A DNA stretch of 64,000 nucleotides from Nannocystis bainbridge (GTDB lineage: Bacteria > Myxococcota_A > Polyangia > Nannocystales > Nannocystaceae), in assembly GCF_028368995.1 (NCBI RefSeq), contig NZ_JAQNDL010000001.1:2080001-2144000 (forward strand), in the 5' to 3' direction. This document shows, piece by piece, positions 18,143-28,199 of the stretch (its first letter is position 1; each line of letters opens with the position of its first letter). The position numbers were made by a program, and so were the translations under genes. The notes under the pieces were generated by a model. That model saw only the letters and a list, made by a program, of their open reading frames with translations. It made no database searches and was not told the origin of the DNA.

Positions 18143-19411
18143 TCAGGTCGCCATGTCGGTGGTGTCGGCGGCGAAGTCGGTCAGCTCGACACCGGTGAGC
18201 CGCAGCGAGGTGCTGAGCACCGAGTAGATGAGGAAGGCCGCCAGGGTCGCGCGGCTCTTGACCCACGCCGGCTCGAAGCGCGGCGGAGCCAGCGCGCCGG
18301 AGCGGAAGAACGGGTCGAGCTCGATCGCGTCGCCGAGCGCCATGCGGCCCGAGAACAGGTGGTGCAGCAGCTCGGGCCGGCCGCTCTGGATCGCCTTGAG
18401 GAAGAACGTGTGCACGCCGAGCAGGCCGCGCAGGTAGACGATGTCCTTCGTGAACGCGACCTTGCCGGCGACGTCGCCGCCGCGGAACACCCGCGCCGCC
18501 GAGTGGTAGCTCTCGCCCGGGTCCTGGCCGGCCTCGTGGAAGAAGCGGAACAGGTCGATGAAGTCGCCGCCGGACAGCGCGAGGTCGACGGCCTTGACGC
18601 GCAGGGCCAGGCGGCGCAGGCGGGCCAGGTCGATCGCGTTGGTGATCATCTCGGCGAAGGTCGCCAGGCCCTCCTGCGTCGCGGTGGTCCGCGGCGCCCC
18701 GAGCCCCAGCGAGCGCACGTGCGGCTGTTCGCGGCCGTTGAGGGCCGTCAGCGAGTGGACGAACACCTCGTGCTCGACCAACTGGCTCACGTCGTAGGGG
18801 CTGAAGCAGGTCGCGCCGCGCAGGCGCACGCGGGTCGGGCCGGCCGCCGCCTTGGCGGCCATGTCGGGGTCGACGACGACCGCGATCGGCAGGTCGCCGA
18901 ACACCGGCGTGATGCGCTCGCGCAGCGCGTCGGCCGCCTGCTCGGGCGTGACGAAGAAGTCCTGTTCGGGGATGTAGCCCTCGCCGCGGAAGTCGTCGGT
19001 GAGCGCCAGGAACTGTTCGGCGGCCGACAGGTTGCTGACCTGCCCCGGGCCGACGGGGTCGCGCGGACCGCCGTACAGCTCGATCGAGCGGGCCGTGAAC
19101 TCCGGCGTGCCGGCCTGCTCGATCATCGCCGCCGCCAGCTTGTAGCTGCGCGCGGTGCGGTAGAGATAGCGGCCGACCGGGTGGTCTCGGTCGGCCTCGC
19201 CCATGATCGACGCCAGCGCGCGGATGTTGGAGTCGAAGCGCACGCGCGGCGCCTCGACCACGGGCAGCCGTGGGTCGCCGGCGTGCCAGCGCGCCAGGAA
19301 CTCGGCGCCGACCTGCGGCGGCCAGGCCAGCTGACTGAGCACCTTGATGTCCTTGGCGGCGTCGACCAGGCGGCCGTCGAGGTCTGCGAATTGTTCGAGC
19401 GCGGTATCCAC
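18143..19411 (-). CDS. QEGLA-motif (DUF1704) metallo-carboxypeptidase-like protein
   Basis: HEVFVH, TATQEGLA, FTKDIVYLRG. Confidence 0.9.
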   Translation of the reverse strand: MDTALEQFADLDGRLVDAAKDIKVLSQLAWPPQVGAEFLARWHAGDPRLPVVEAPRVRFDSNIRALASIMGEADRDHPVGRYLYRTARSYKLAAAMIEQAGTPEFTARSIELYGGPRDPVGPGQVSNLSAAEQFLALTDDFRGEGYIPEQDFFVTPEQAADALRERITPVFGDLPIAVVVDPDMAAKAAAGPTRVRLRGATCFSPYDVSQLVEHEVFVHSLTALNGREQPHVRSLGLGAPRTTATQEGLATFAEMITNAIDLARLRRLALRVKAVDLALSGGDFIDLFRFFHEAGQDPGESYHSAARVFRGGDVAGKVAFTKDIVYLRGLLGVHTFFLKAIQSGRPELLHHLFSGRMALGDAIELDPFFRSGALAPPRFEPAWVKSRATLAAFLIYSVLSTSLRLTGVELTDFAADTTDMAT

Positions 19412-19646
19412 GGCCGTCCTCCGCGCTCGAGGGTCGCACGCGAGGGCCCGCTTCCCAAGCCCGCGGCTCGCGCCGATACCGCACCGGGGCCACGTCGAGC
19501 GCGGCGGACACGAGCGGCGCCGACCGTGCCTCGCGGAGCGGGCGCCACCCAGATGCGGACACGTGTCCTCGCCGAGCGCCCCTCAGCTCACGCCAGGCCC
19601 GTGGCCGTCGGCGCGGGCCTGCATTACTCTGCTGCTCGATCAATCC

Positions 19647-20165
19647 ATGGTTTTCAAAGTCGGCGGAGATATCGACGCTTATTGCACCAAGTGCCGCCTC
19701 GACACGATTCACGTGGTCGTCGCGCTCAAGGCGGACAACGCGGGACCGAAGCGGGTCGAGTGCAAGAGCTGCGGCGGGCAGCACATGTACCACGCGCCCA
19801 AGCTGCCCTCCCGGAGCGAAGCGCCGAGCCAGCCGGCGGTGGTGAACCGCAGCGCCGCTGCTCGTAATCCCGCGCCGCCCAAGCCGCCCAAGGCGCCCAA
19901 GGCCGCCAAGGCCGCGGCCAAGGCCGCGGCGCTCAGCCCCCCCGCCGGCGCCAGCACGCGCGACTGGCTGCGGCGCATGGAGGACCTCGCCCTCCAGGGC
20001 GGCACGCCGATCAAGGCCTACTCGATGCGCGAGACCTTCGCCGCCGGCGATCCGGTGTCGCACCCGAAGTTCGGCAAGGGCGTGGTGCTCGAGGTGCTCG
20101 AGGCCAAGAAGTGCGCCATCCTGTTCGAGGAGGGCCGCAAGGTCCTCGCCATGGGCAACGTCTGA
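19647..20165 (+). CDS. Zinc-ribbon protein with C-terminal SH3-like beta domain
   Basis: CTKC...CKSC; GDPVSHPKFGKGVV. Confidence 0.85.
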   Translation: MVFKVGGDIDAYCTKCRLDTIHVVVALKADNAGPKRVECKSCGGQHMYHAPKLPSRSEAPSQPAVVNRSAAARNPAPPKPPKAPKAAKAAAKAAALSPPAGASTRDWLRRMEDLALQGGTPIKAYSMRETFAAGDPVSHPKFGKGVVLEVLEAKKCAILFEEGRKVLAMGNV

Positions 20166-20178
20166 GCTCCGCGTGAGC

Positions 20179-20234
20179 TGCTCTTTCGGCCATGTCGTGA
20201 TCGACATGGCCGAAAGCACATGTCCCACAGGACA
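20179..20234. repeat. Array of four 14-bp TGYC-N6-GRCA-like units
   Basis: Units start at 20179, 20193, 20207, 20221, between convergent stops. Confidence 0.75.
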
Positions 20235-20236
20235 GC

Positions 20237-21784
20237 TCATCCGACCTCCGGCAGCGCGCGCAGGTGCAGCGCCTGGGCCACGTCGATCTCGGTCGCGGGC
20301 GCGCGCGGGCAGCGGTCGTCGTCGGCCAGATCGGCGATCGTGCGGGCGACCCGGCGCAGGCGATGCTGCGCGCGCGGGCTCCAGCCGCGGTGCTCGGCGG
20401 TCGCCGCCAGCAGGCGCTCGCCCGCCGGCGTCAGCGCGCACAGCCGCTCCATCGACCCGGCCGCCGCCGGCACCTCGGCGTTGGTGCGCCACGGCGTGCC
20501 GCGCAGGCGCGCGAGCTGGCGGGCGCGGGCCGTCGTCACCCGCCGCCGCACCGCCGCGCTCGACTCGGGTGGGTCGGCCGAGCGCAGCTCCTCCGGCCGG
20601 GCCGGCAGCACCGCCACCGCGACGTCGATGCGGTCGAGCAGCGGCCCCGACACGCGGTGTTGGTAGCGCAGCACCGCCGCCGGATTGTCGACGCACGTGC
20701 GATCGGGGTGGCCCAGGAACCCGCACGGGCACGGGTTCATCGCCGCCAGCAGCTGGAACCGGGCCGGGAAGCCCACGCTCCCGCGCGCGCGCACGATCCG
20801 GACCACGCCCTCCTCGAGCGGCTCGCGCAGCGCCTCGAGGCAGCCGCGCGAGAACTCGGGCAGCTCGTCCAGGAACAGCACCCCGCGGTGGGCCAGGCTG
20901 ACCTCGCCGGGGCGGAGGAACGGCCCGCCGCCGAGCAGGCCCGCGACGCTGACCGTGTGATGCGGGGCTCGCAGCGGCACCTCGCGGACCAGCCCGTCGA
21001 GCGCGCGCAGGCCCGCGACCCCCTGGATCTTCGTCACCTCGAGCGCGGCCTCGTCGTCGAGCGGCGGATAGAGGCCGATGGCCCGCCGCGCCAGCATCGT
21101 CTTGCCGACGCCGGGCGGCCCGTGCAGCAGCACGTTGTGACCGCCGGCCGCCATCACCTCGATCGCGCGGCGGGCCAGCACCAGGCCGCGCACGTCGTCG
21201 AGGTCGTGGAGCTCGCGTCCCGCTCGCGGCGGCGGATCGTTGGCCGCGTGGGCGCCGATCTCTCGATCGCCGCGCAGGTGAGCGACGAGCTGCGGCAGGT
21301 CGCGGACCGGCAGCACCGCCAGCCCGCCGAGCACCGCCGCCTCGTCGGCGCTGGCCTCGGGCACAGCCAGCGCGGTGAACCCCATGCGCCGGGCGCAGTC
21401 GGCGATCACCAGCGTGCCGGCGGCCGGGCGCAGCGAGCCGTCGAGCGACAGCTCGCCCCACAGCATCAGCCCCTGCAGGCGCTCGGCCGGCACGACCTCG
21501 TGGCTCGCCAGCAGCGCGCACGCCACCGCGAGGTCGATGCCCGGGCTGTCCTTTCGTTCATCCGCGGGCGCCAGGTTGACGACCTGCTTGCGGGGGTGGA
21601 GCTTGTGCCCGCAATGACCGAGCGCGCTGCGGACCCGCTCGCGCGCCTCCATCAGCGCCCCGGTGGCGCGGCCGACCAGCGTCAGGCCCGGGAGGCCGAG
21701 GCCGACGTCGGCCTCGACGGTGACGACGAAGCCTTCGACGCCGAGGACGCTGGCAGAGTAGGAGCGGGTCAGCACAGGACACAC
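20237..21784 (-). CDS. comM: YifB/ComM Mg-chelatase-like AAA+ ATPase
   Basis: VNLAPAD, GPPGVGKT, RAPHHT, PGEVSLAHRGVLFLDE, AAMNPCPCG, SGPLLDRID. Confidence 0.92.
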   Translation of the reverse strand: MCPVLTRSYSASVLGVEGFVVTVEADVGLGLPGLTLVGRATGALMEARERVRSALGHCGHKLHPRKQVVNLAPADERKDSPGIDLAVACALLASHEVVPAERLQGLMLWGELSLDGSLRPAAGTLVIADCARRMGFTALAVPEASADEAAVLGGLAVLPVRDLPQLVAHLRGDREIGAHAANDPPPRAGRELHDLDDVRGLVLARRAIEVMAAGGHNVLLHGPPGVGKTMLARRAIGLYPPLDDEAALEVTKIQGVAGLRALDGLVREVPLRAPHHTVSVAGLLGGGPFLRPGEVSLAHRGVLFLDELPEFSRGCLEALREPLEEGVVRIVRARGSVGFPARFQLLAAMNPCPCGFLGHPDRTCVDNPAAVLRYQHRVSGPLLDRIDVAVAVLPARPEELRSADPPESSAAVRRRVTTARARQLARLRGTPWRTNAEVPAAAGSMERLCALTPAGERLLAATAEHRGWSPRAQHRLRRVARTIADLADDDRCPRAPATEIDVAQALHLRALPEVG

Positions 21785-22146
21785 TCCTTACAATCGCCGT
21801 GCTCCGCCCCGCTCGAAGCAAATCAAGCACTTGGCGGCTCTTGACGCATCACCGCTGTCCCGCCCGCTGGCCGGCGTCCCGCCGGCCGGACATGTCCCAC
21901 CCCGGAGGGCCACCTGCGTCGACGCTCACCATGCGCGACCTGGGCCGCCAATGGCCGCAGAGACAGCGAACAACCTTCGTATGATGTTTGCCACCACCCA
22001 TTCAATGTTCCGTCGGCTCTCACGGCAGCATGAACGGCCCTTCGACAATCATTCGATACACCGTGCAGCGGCCCCGCAATAGTTGCTCTTGCCGGTCGAC
22101 GAGATGTTTGCCAAGATGCCCCCGCGTCGCAGCGGAAGGTTTGTTT

Positions 22147-22512
22147 ATGGGGAATACCGGCAACCAGATCAAAAAAGCGATGGAGATCGACGGCGCGATC
22201 GCGGCCGCGATTGTCGACAGCGAGAGCGGCATGACCCTCGCCAGCGCCGGCGGCGGCGCGGCCTTCGATATCGAGGTCGCCGCCGCGGCCAACACCAACG
22301 TCGTCCAGGCCAAACTCAAGGCCATGAGCTCGCTCCGGCTCGCCGACGAGCTGGAGGACATTCTCATCACCCTGGGCAAACAATACCACATCATCCGACC
22401 GCTACGCCGCACCCCAGCCGTCTTCTATTACCTCGCCTGCGAGCGCACCAAGACGAACCTGGCGATGGCCCGACGGTCGCTGGCGGAGATCGAGCAAGCG
22501 ACGGCGCTGTAG
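22147..22512 (+). CDS. Roadblock/LC7-like protein
   Basis: IDGAIAAAIVDSESGM...EDILITLGKQYHIIRP...NLAMAR. Confidence 0.85.
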   Translation: MGNTGNQIKKAMEIDGAIAAAIVDSESGMTLASAGGGAAFDIEVAAAANTNVVQAKLKAMSSLRLADELEDILITLGKQYHIIRPLRRTPAVFYYLACERTKTNLAMARRSLAEIEQATAL

Positions 22513-22596
22513 CGCCGCTCACCCGCGGACAACCATTGAACCGAGGCGTCGGCGCACGAATGTCGTGCGCCTTCGCTCTGGTACAGGAGGACTATC

Positions 22597-23787
22597 TTGA
22601 CTTCGCTGTTGATCGTCGAGGACGACACGCATTTCCGCGGCGAGCTCGCGCGCGAGCTCGAAGGTCACGGGTTTCAGGTCGATTCGGCGCCGTCGGTGCA
22701 TTCCGCACTGTCGGCGCTGGCCCGGCGCCCGGCCGACGTGGTGTTGACCGACCTGCGGCTGGGCGGGCCCGACGGGCTCGACCTGCTCAAGCTGCTGCCG
22801 AGCGTGTCACGCAAGACCCGCCCGATTCTCATGAGCGCGCACGCCTCCGCGCGCGAGCACCAGGTCGCGACCGAGCTGGGCGCGGTCGATTTCCTCCTCA
22901 AACCCTTCACCCCGACCGAGCTGCTGCGCTCGATCCACAAGGCCATCGACTGCGAGACCGGCTTCGTCGGCAGCGTGCACGGCCTGTCGCTGATCGACGT
23001 GGCGCAGATGTTCCACATGTCGCAGCGCTCGGTCACGATCCTCGTCGGCGCCGCCGGGCGGCCGGCCAGCAAGATTCACTTTCGTCGCGGCGAGATCGTC
23101 GGCGCCTCGTACGGCGACCAGGTCGGCTGCCCCGCGCTGCGGGCGATCCTGGCCGCCTCCACCGGGGCGCTCCACACCACCGGGCTCGAGGAGGGCGTGG
23201 TGCAGACGATCGACGCCCCGTTCGACCACCTCCTGCTGGCCTGCCTGAGCCGGCTCGACGAGGAGCTGCACGACCGCCGGGGCCCGCAGGAGACCCCGGC
23301 GGTGTTCGAGCTGGGCGATTTCGGCGAGAGCGACGAGCTCGCCGCCACGGCCGACGAGGTCACCGACGACTCGTTCCTCGCTGCGCCCACCCTCGTGACC
23401 TCGCCGGCGCAGCTGGCCGCCCGCGCCGCGCTGGACGACGTCTGTCGCCGGCTGACCGGGGTGATCGACGGCGCGCTCGCCTGCGCCGTCGCGGTGGTCG
23501 ACAGCGGCGTGCTGCTCGGTCATCACCGGCGCGGCGCCGCGGCGCCGACCTCGGAGACGGCGATGACCGCGGTCGCGCGCGAGCTGTTCGGCGGCGGCGT
23601 CGGCCGGCTCGCGGGCGGCCTCCTTCACGAGATCCAGCTGACCGCCACCGATCATCACATCTTCGGCAAGCTGCTCGCCGATCGCCGGCGCGCGCTCGTC
23701 CTCGTCACCGATCGCTCGGTCAGCATCGGCATGGGCTGGGCCCAGCTGCGGGCCAACATCGGCGCGTTCGAGCGCGTGACCGGGTGA
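22597..23787 (+). CDS. Response regulator with DUF4388/PATAN domain and C-terminal roadblock-like domain
   Basis: REC domain (VEDD, TDLRL, KPF); GSVHGLSLIDVAQM; IDGALACAVAVVDSG...SIGMGW. Confidence 0.85.
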   Translation: MTSLLIVEDDTHFRGELARELEGHGFQVDSAPSVHSALSALARRPADVVLTDLRLGGPDGLDLLKLLPSVSRKTRPILMSAHASAREHQVATELGAVDFLLKPFTPTELLRSIHKAIDCETGFVGSVHGLSLIDVAQMFHMSQRSVTILVGAAGRPASKIHFRRGEIVGASYGDQVGCPALRAILAASTGALHTTGLEEGVVQTIDAPFDHLLLACLSRLDEELHDRRGPQETPAVFELGDFGESDELAATADEVTDDSFLAAPTLVTSPAQLAARAALDDVCRRLTGVIDGALACAVAVVDSGVLLGHHRRGAAAPTSETAMTAVARELFGGGVGRLAGGLLHEIQLTATDHHIFGKLLADRRRALVLVTDRSVSIGMGWAQLRANIGAFERVTG

Positions 23788-23805
23788 CCGAGGAGGGACC
23801 GGGTC

Positions 23806-24399
23806 ATGGCTGTCTACGAACCAGACCGCGGGCGCATCGTCCTGCGCGTCGTCTACGACGGGCCGGGGCGCGCGGGCAAGACCACCAACGTCGAGCAGCT
23901 CGCGGGCATCTTCGGCGACAGGCCCGGCAACGAGCTGCTGGTCCACCCGGCGGCCACCGGGCGCACGATCTTCTTCGACTGGTTCAGCTTCGACGGCGGC
24001 ATGATCGACGGCCACCCGCTGCAGGTGCAGGTCGTCACCGTGCCCGGCCACAAGAGCCTCGAGCCGCGTCGGGCTCACATCCTTCACACCGCCGAGCGGC
24101 TCACCGGGCAATTCGGCCTGAACGCGATCACGGGGCGGGCGGGCAGCGCCCAGGAGCTGCGAGCGTCCCTCGAGCGCATCGAGACGAGTCGCGTCGGCCG
24201 CTGCGCCCCCGAGCGCCGCAAGGACGACGAGGTCCGCGCGGAGGTCCAGGCCGGCCTCGCCGACGCGGGCCGGGTCGTCTACATCGGCTCGCACGAGCTC
24301 ACCCACCAGCGGGTCGCGGGCGATCGCGCCGAGCCCGGGACGCGCGGGCGGACGGCGCTGCAGCAGAGCTTTTCGGACATGTCCGAAAAAGACACCTGA
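23806..24399 (+). pseudogene. MglA-like small GTPase, lacking the C-terminal half of the G domain
   Basis: VVYDGPGRAGKTTN, GRTIFFD and TVPG present; the expected VVFVADS and NKxD motifs are absent. Confidence 0.7.
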
Positions 24400-24483
24400 C
24401 GAGCGCCCGCGTCGCTCGCCCGTGCCGGTGTCGGCCATGTTCCGACCCAAGCACCATGTCTCGAAGGGCATGCTCTCGAGAGC

Positions 24484-25119
24484 ATGTCCTTCAAGGCAGG
24501 GGGCCATCGCCTGCATACCCGCGGCGAGTGGCGGTTCGGCGCGCGCGAGCGCGGCCGCGAGGCGCTCATCGCCCACGTGCGGCGGACCGCCCGGCTCGGC
24601 CCCTTGCTCCCGGCCGGGAGCGCCGTCGCGCTGGCGACCACCGAAGCCGAAGCCGACGAGGTCGTCCTGTGGCACATCGTGCCTGACCTGCCCTCGCTGG
24701 GCGCCGCCCTGACCGCCGCGACCGAGGCCGAGCGCCCGCGGCAGCTGGCCCGGCTCGCGGCCGCCTACGCCGCCGCGCTGCGGCTGGTGGCGCGCGAGGG
24801 CATCGTCCTCACCCTCGACCCGCACGCCTTCGCCGAGCAGGACGGGCGATCGGTCTACCTCGGCGATCGCCTGGGCGAGCCCGAACGGTCGCCCGACCTC
24901 GTGGGCGCGCTGCTGGCCCCGTGCGCCGGCCTGAGCGAGGCCTCGCGCGCCGCCTGGCAGACCGCGCTCGAGCAGGCCGTGCCGGCCACCTTGACGCGCG
25001 AGGACGTCGCCGCTCTCGGCCTCGAGCGCGCGCTGACGGCCTCGGCGACGGTCCCCGCGCGCGCGGCCGAGGCCCGCGCGCGCGACCGGCTGCGGATGAC
25101 GCTCGGGCTCTGCACCTGA
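24484..25119 (+). CDS. Hypothetical protein, possibly the detached C-terminal domain of the GTPase gene
   Basis: Good codon usage; start codon lies inside a 14-bp motif array. Confidence 0.55.
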   Translation: MSFKAGGHRLHTRGEWRFGARERGREALIAHVRRTARLGPLLPAGSAVALATTEAEADEVVLWHIVPDLPSLGAALTAATEAERPRQLARLAAAYAAALRLVAREGIVLTLDPHAFAEQDGRSVYLGDRLGEPERSPDLVGALLAPCAGLSEASRAAWQTALEQAVPATLTREDVAALGLERALTASATVPARAAEARARDRLRMTLGLCT

Positions 25120-25134
25120 GCGCGGCTGCGGGCG

Positions 25135-25443
25135 CTAGTTGAACAGCTTGCCGAGGCGCATGGCCACGCCCATGTCGCCTTCGATCTTGATCTTGCCGGT
25201 CATGAACGCGGTGGTCGGGTCGAGCTTCTTCGCCGCCATCTTGGCGAAGTCCTCGAGCGAGACCTTGACCGTGCACTTGGCCGGGCGGTCGTCGTTGTCG
25301 ACCGTGTTGGGCGTGCTCTCGCCGTCGATGTAGAGCACCTGCGCGTCGGAGAACACGAACTTGATCGTCGCCTTGAGGCCCGAGTCGTCGCCGACCTTCG
25401 CGCGGATCTCTTCGGTGAACTTTTCCAGGCTGATGTCGCTCAT
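25135..25443 (-). CDS. SCP2 sterol/lipid-binding protein
   Basis: LDPTTAFMTGKIKIEGDMGVAMRL. Confidence 0.9.
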   Translation of the reverse strand: MSDISLEKFTEEIRAKVGDDSGLKATIKFVFSDAQVLYIDGESTPNTVDNDDRPAKCTVKVSLEDFAKMAAKKLDPTTAFMTGKIKIEGDMGVAMRLGKLFN

Positions 25444-25630
25444 GAAGCCTGCCTACCACAATCCTCCGGCGCCTTCGACGCCCGCGGCGTCCGGACCTGC
25501 GCCGCGAAAATCTACTCGCCGACGCCGGTCCGTTCCGCCTGCCCCCCACGTCAGCGCATACGCCGTCCTCGGCCCGGCCCGCGGCGATTTCCGCTTCCCC
25601 TGGTCCCGCGGCTGTGTACGATGCGGCGCC

Positions 25631-26497
25631 ATGAGCGGGTACCGTTCCGTCTTTCGTCCGGGCCTGTTCGCCGGGCAAACGATCGTGGTCACCGGCGGCG
25701 GCAGCGGGATCGGTCGCTGCACCGCGCACGAGCTGGCCGCGCTCGGTGCTCACCCGGTGCTGGTCGGCCGCAAGCTGGCCAAGCTCGAGGCCACCGCCGC
25801 CGAGATCGTCGCCGACGGCGGCGCCTGTTCGCTGCACGCCTGCGACATCCGCGAGGAGGCCCAGGTCAAGGCGACGGTGGCCGCGATCGTGGCCGCGCGC
25901 GGGCGCATCGACGGGCTCGTCAACAACGCCGGCGGGCAGTTCCCGGCCCCGCTGTCCGCGATCTCGCAGAAGGGCTTCGAGACCGTCGTGCGCACCAACC
26001 TCGTCGGCGGGTTTCTGTTCGCCCGCGAGGTCTACACGCAGTCGATGGCCGAGCGCGGCGGCTCGATCGTCAACATCGTCGCCGACATGTGGCGCAGCAT
26101 GCCGGGCATGGGCCACTCCGGGGCCGCGCGCGCCGGCATGGTCAACTTCACGCAGACCGCCGCGGTCGAGTGGGCGCCCTCGGGCGTGCGCGTCAACGCC
26201 GTCGCGCCGGGCTGGATCGCCTCGTCGGGCATGGACAACTACGACCCCGACATGCTCAAGGGCCTGCTGCCGCGGCTCAAGGCCGCCGTGCCGCTGCACC
26301 GCCTCGGCACCGAGGCCGAGGTCAGCGCCGCGATCGTCTTCCTGCTCAGCGAGGCCGCCGGGTTCATCAGCGGCTCGACGCTGCGGGTCGACGGCGCCGC
26401 CCCCAACTCCAGCGCCGTGTGGCCCGCGAGCGAGCACGACCGCTCGAAGCCGTACGAGGGCTTCCACCGCGCCGAGCTCCCCGACAACCTGCGCTAA
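25631..26497 (+). CDS. atuB: SDR oxidoreductase, citronellol/citronellal dehydrogenase-like
   Basis: YRSVFRPGLFAGQ, TGGGSGIG, NNAGGQF, HSGAARAG; atu gene order. Confidence 0.85.
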   Translation: MSGYRSVFRPGLFAGQTIVVTGGGSGIGRCTAHELAALGAHPVLVGRKLAKLEATAAEIVADGGACSLHACDIREEAQVKATVAAIVAARGRIDGLVNNAGGQFPAPLSAISQKGFETVVRTNLVGGFLFAREVYTQSMAERGGSIVNIVADMWRSMPGMGHSGAARAGMVNFTQTAAVEWAPSGVRVNAVAPGWIASSGMDNYDPDMLKGLLPRLKAAVPLHRLGTEAEVSAAIVFLLSEAAGFISGSTLRVDGAAPNSSAVWPASEHDRSKPYEGFHRAELPDNLR

Positions 26498-26510
26498 AGG
26501 CCAGCCAGTC

Positions 26511-28139
26511 ATGCCCGTGCTCACGTCCCGCATCGACCTCCAGGGCGACCTGTTCCAGGCGAACCGCGCCGCCCAGCTGAAGCTCATCGACGACTTCCGC
26601 GCCGCCGAGAAGCGCGTGCGCGACAACTCGGGCAAGCAGGCCGAGAAGTTCGCCAAGCGCGGGCAGCTGCTCCCGCGCGACCGGGTCGCGCGGCTGCTCG
26701 ATCGCGGCGCGCCGTTCCTCGAGCTGTCGACCCTGGCCGGCTACAAGATGCACGACGACGACGGCAAGAGCGACGCCAGCGGCGGCGGCTGCATCGTCGG
26801 CATCGGCGTGGTCTCGGGCGTGCGGTGCATCGTCAGCGCCAGCGACAGCGCGATCAAGGGCGGGGCGATCTCGCCCATGGGCCTGCGCAAGAGCCTGCGG
26901 GCCCAGGAGATCGCGCTCGAGCACAAGCTGCCGATCATCTCTTGCGTCGAGAGCGCGGGCGCCAACCTCCTCTATCAGGCCGAGATCTTCGTCGACGGCG
27001 GGCGCGTGTTCGCCAACATGGCGCGGCTGTCGGCCGCCGGCGTCCCGCAGATCACGATCGTGCACGGCAGCAGCACCGCCGGCGGCGCCTACTTACCGGG
27101 CCTCTCGGACTACGTGATCGCGGTGCGCGGCCAGGCCAAGGTGTTCCTGGCCGGCCCGCCGCTGGTGGAGGCCGCGCTCGGCGAGGTCGCCACCGACGAG
27201 GAGCTCGGCGGCGCCGAGCTGCACGCCACGGTCACCGGCACCGCCGAGTACGTGGCCGAGAACGACGCCCACGCGATCCACCTCGCGCGCGAGCTGCTGG
27301 CCAACCTCCAGCGCGCGCCGCTGGGCCGGTTCGCACATGACCTCTCGACCAGGCCGCACCGCCCGCCGCGCTTCGACGTCGAGGACCTGCTCGGCATCGT
27401 CCCGGTCGACTTCAAGAAGCCCTACGACGTCCGCGAAGTGATCGCTCGCCTGGTCGACGACAGCGATTTCTTCGAGTTCAAGGCGCTTTACGGTTCGGCG
27501 ACGGTGTGCGGCCACGCCCTCATCGAGGGCCACGCCGTCGGCATCCTCGGCAACAACGGCCCGATCAACCCCGACGGCGCCTGCAAGGCCGGGCAGTTCA
27601 TCCAGCTGTGCTGCCAGAGCGGCACCCCGCTGCTGTTCCTGCAGAACACCACCGGCTACATGGTCGGCACCGCGGCCGAGCGGGCCGGCATGGTCAAGCA
27701 CGGCTCGAAGATGATCCAGGCGGTCGCCAACGCCGACGTCCCGAAGCTCACCGTCATCATGGGCGGCAGCTTCGGCGCCGGCAACTACGGCATGTGCGGC
27801 CGCTCCTACGACCCGCGGTTCGTGTTCGCCTGGCCCGGCAGCCGGATCGCCGTGATGGGCGGCGAGCAGGCCGCCAAGGTCATGGAGATCATCACCACCG
27901 CCAAGTTCGCCCGCATGGGCATGAAGGCCGACCCCGACGCGATGGCCCAGATGGGCAAGTCGATCAAGGACCGCCTCGACGCCGAGTCGACCGCGCTCTA
28001 CGCCACCGCGAGGCTGTGGGACGACGGCCTCATCGACCCCCGCGACACCCGCCGCGTGCTCGCCCTGGCGCTCGCCGTCTGCCGCGAGGGCGAGGCCCGC
28101 CGCGTCCGCCCCACCAGCTTCGGCGTCGCCCGCCTGTGA
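26511..28139 (+). CDS. atuC: Geranyl-CoA carboxylase beta (carboxyltransferase) subunit
   Basis: ESAGANL, STAGGAY, GSFGAGNYGMCGR; context. Confidence 0.87.
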   Translation: MPVLTSRIDLQGDLFQANRAAQLKLIDDFRAAEKRVRDNSGKQAEKFAKRGQLLPRDRVARLLDRGAPFLELSTLAGYKMHDDDGKSDASGGGCIVGIGVVSGVRCIVSASDSAIKGGAISPMGLRKSLRAQEIALEHKLPIISCVESAGANLLYQAEIFVDGGRVFANMARLSAAGVPQITIVHGSSTAGGAYLPGLSDYVIAVRGQAKVFLAGPPLVEAALGEVATDEELGGAELHATVTGTAEYVAENDAHAIHLARELLANLQRAPLGRFAHDLSTRPHRPPRFDVEDLLGIVPVDFKKPYDVREVIARLVDDSDFFEFKALYGSATVCGHALIEGHAVGILGNNGPINPDGACKAGQFIQLCCQSGTPLLFLQNTTGYMVGTAAERAGMVKHGSKMIQAVANADVPKLTVIMGGSFGAGNYGMCGRSYDPRFVFAWPGSRIAVMGGEQAAKVMEIITTAKFARMGMKADPDAMAQMGKSIKDRLDAESTALYATARLWDDGLIDPRDTRRVLALALAVCREGEARRVRPTSFGVARL

Positions 28140-28199
28140 CCTCCACGACTTCGCGTCACCTGTCCCTTCGAACATCCTGACCCGAGAGCCAGCCCCGCC

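Noticed and set aside
13203-21521. 2772-aa minus-strand ORF
   Set aside because: Arg/Gly/Ala-rich shadow frame overlapping eight recognisable genes; a product of high GC
20237-21784. comM as a mobile-element insertion site
   Set aside because: Gene is intact with no flanking integrase
21790-22146. Possible ncRNA in a lower-GC intergenic region (GATGTTTGCCA twice)
   Set aside because: No recognisable structure or family; more likely divergent promoters
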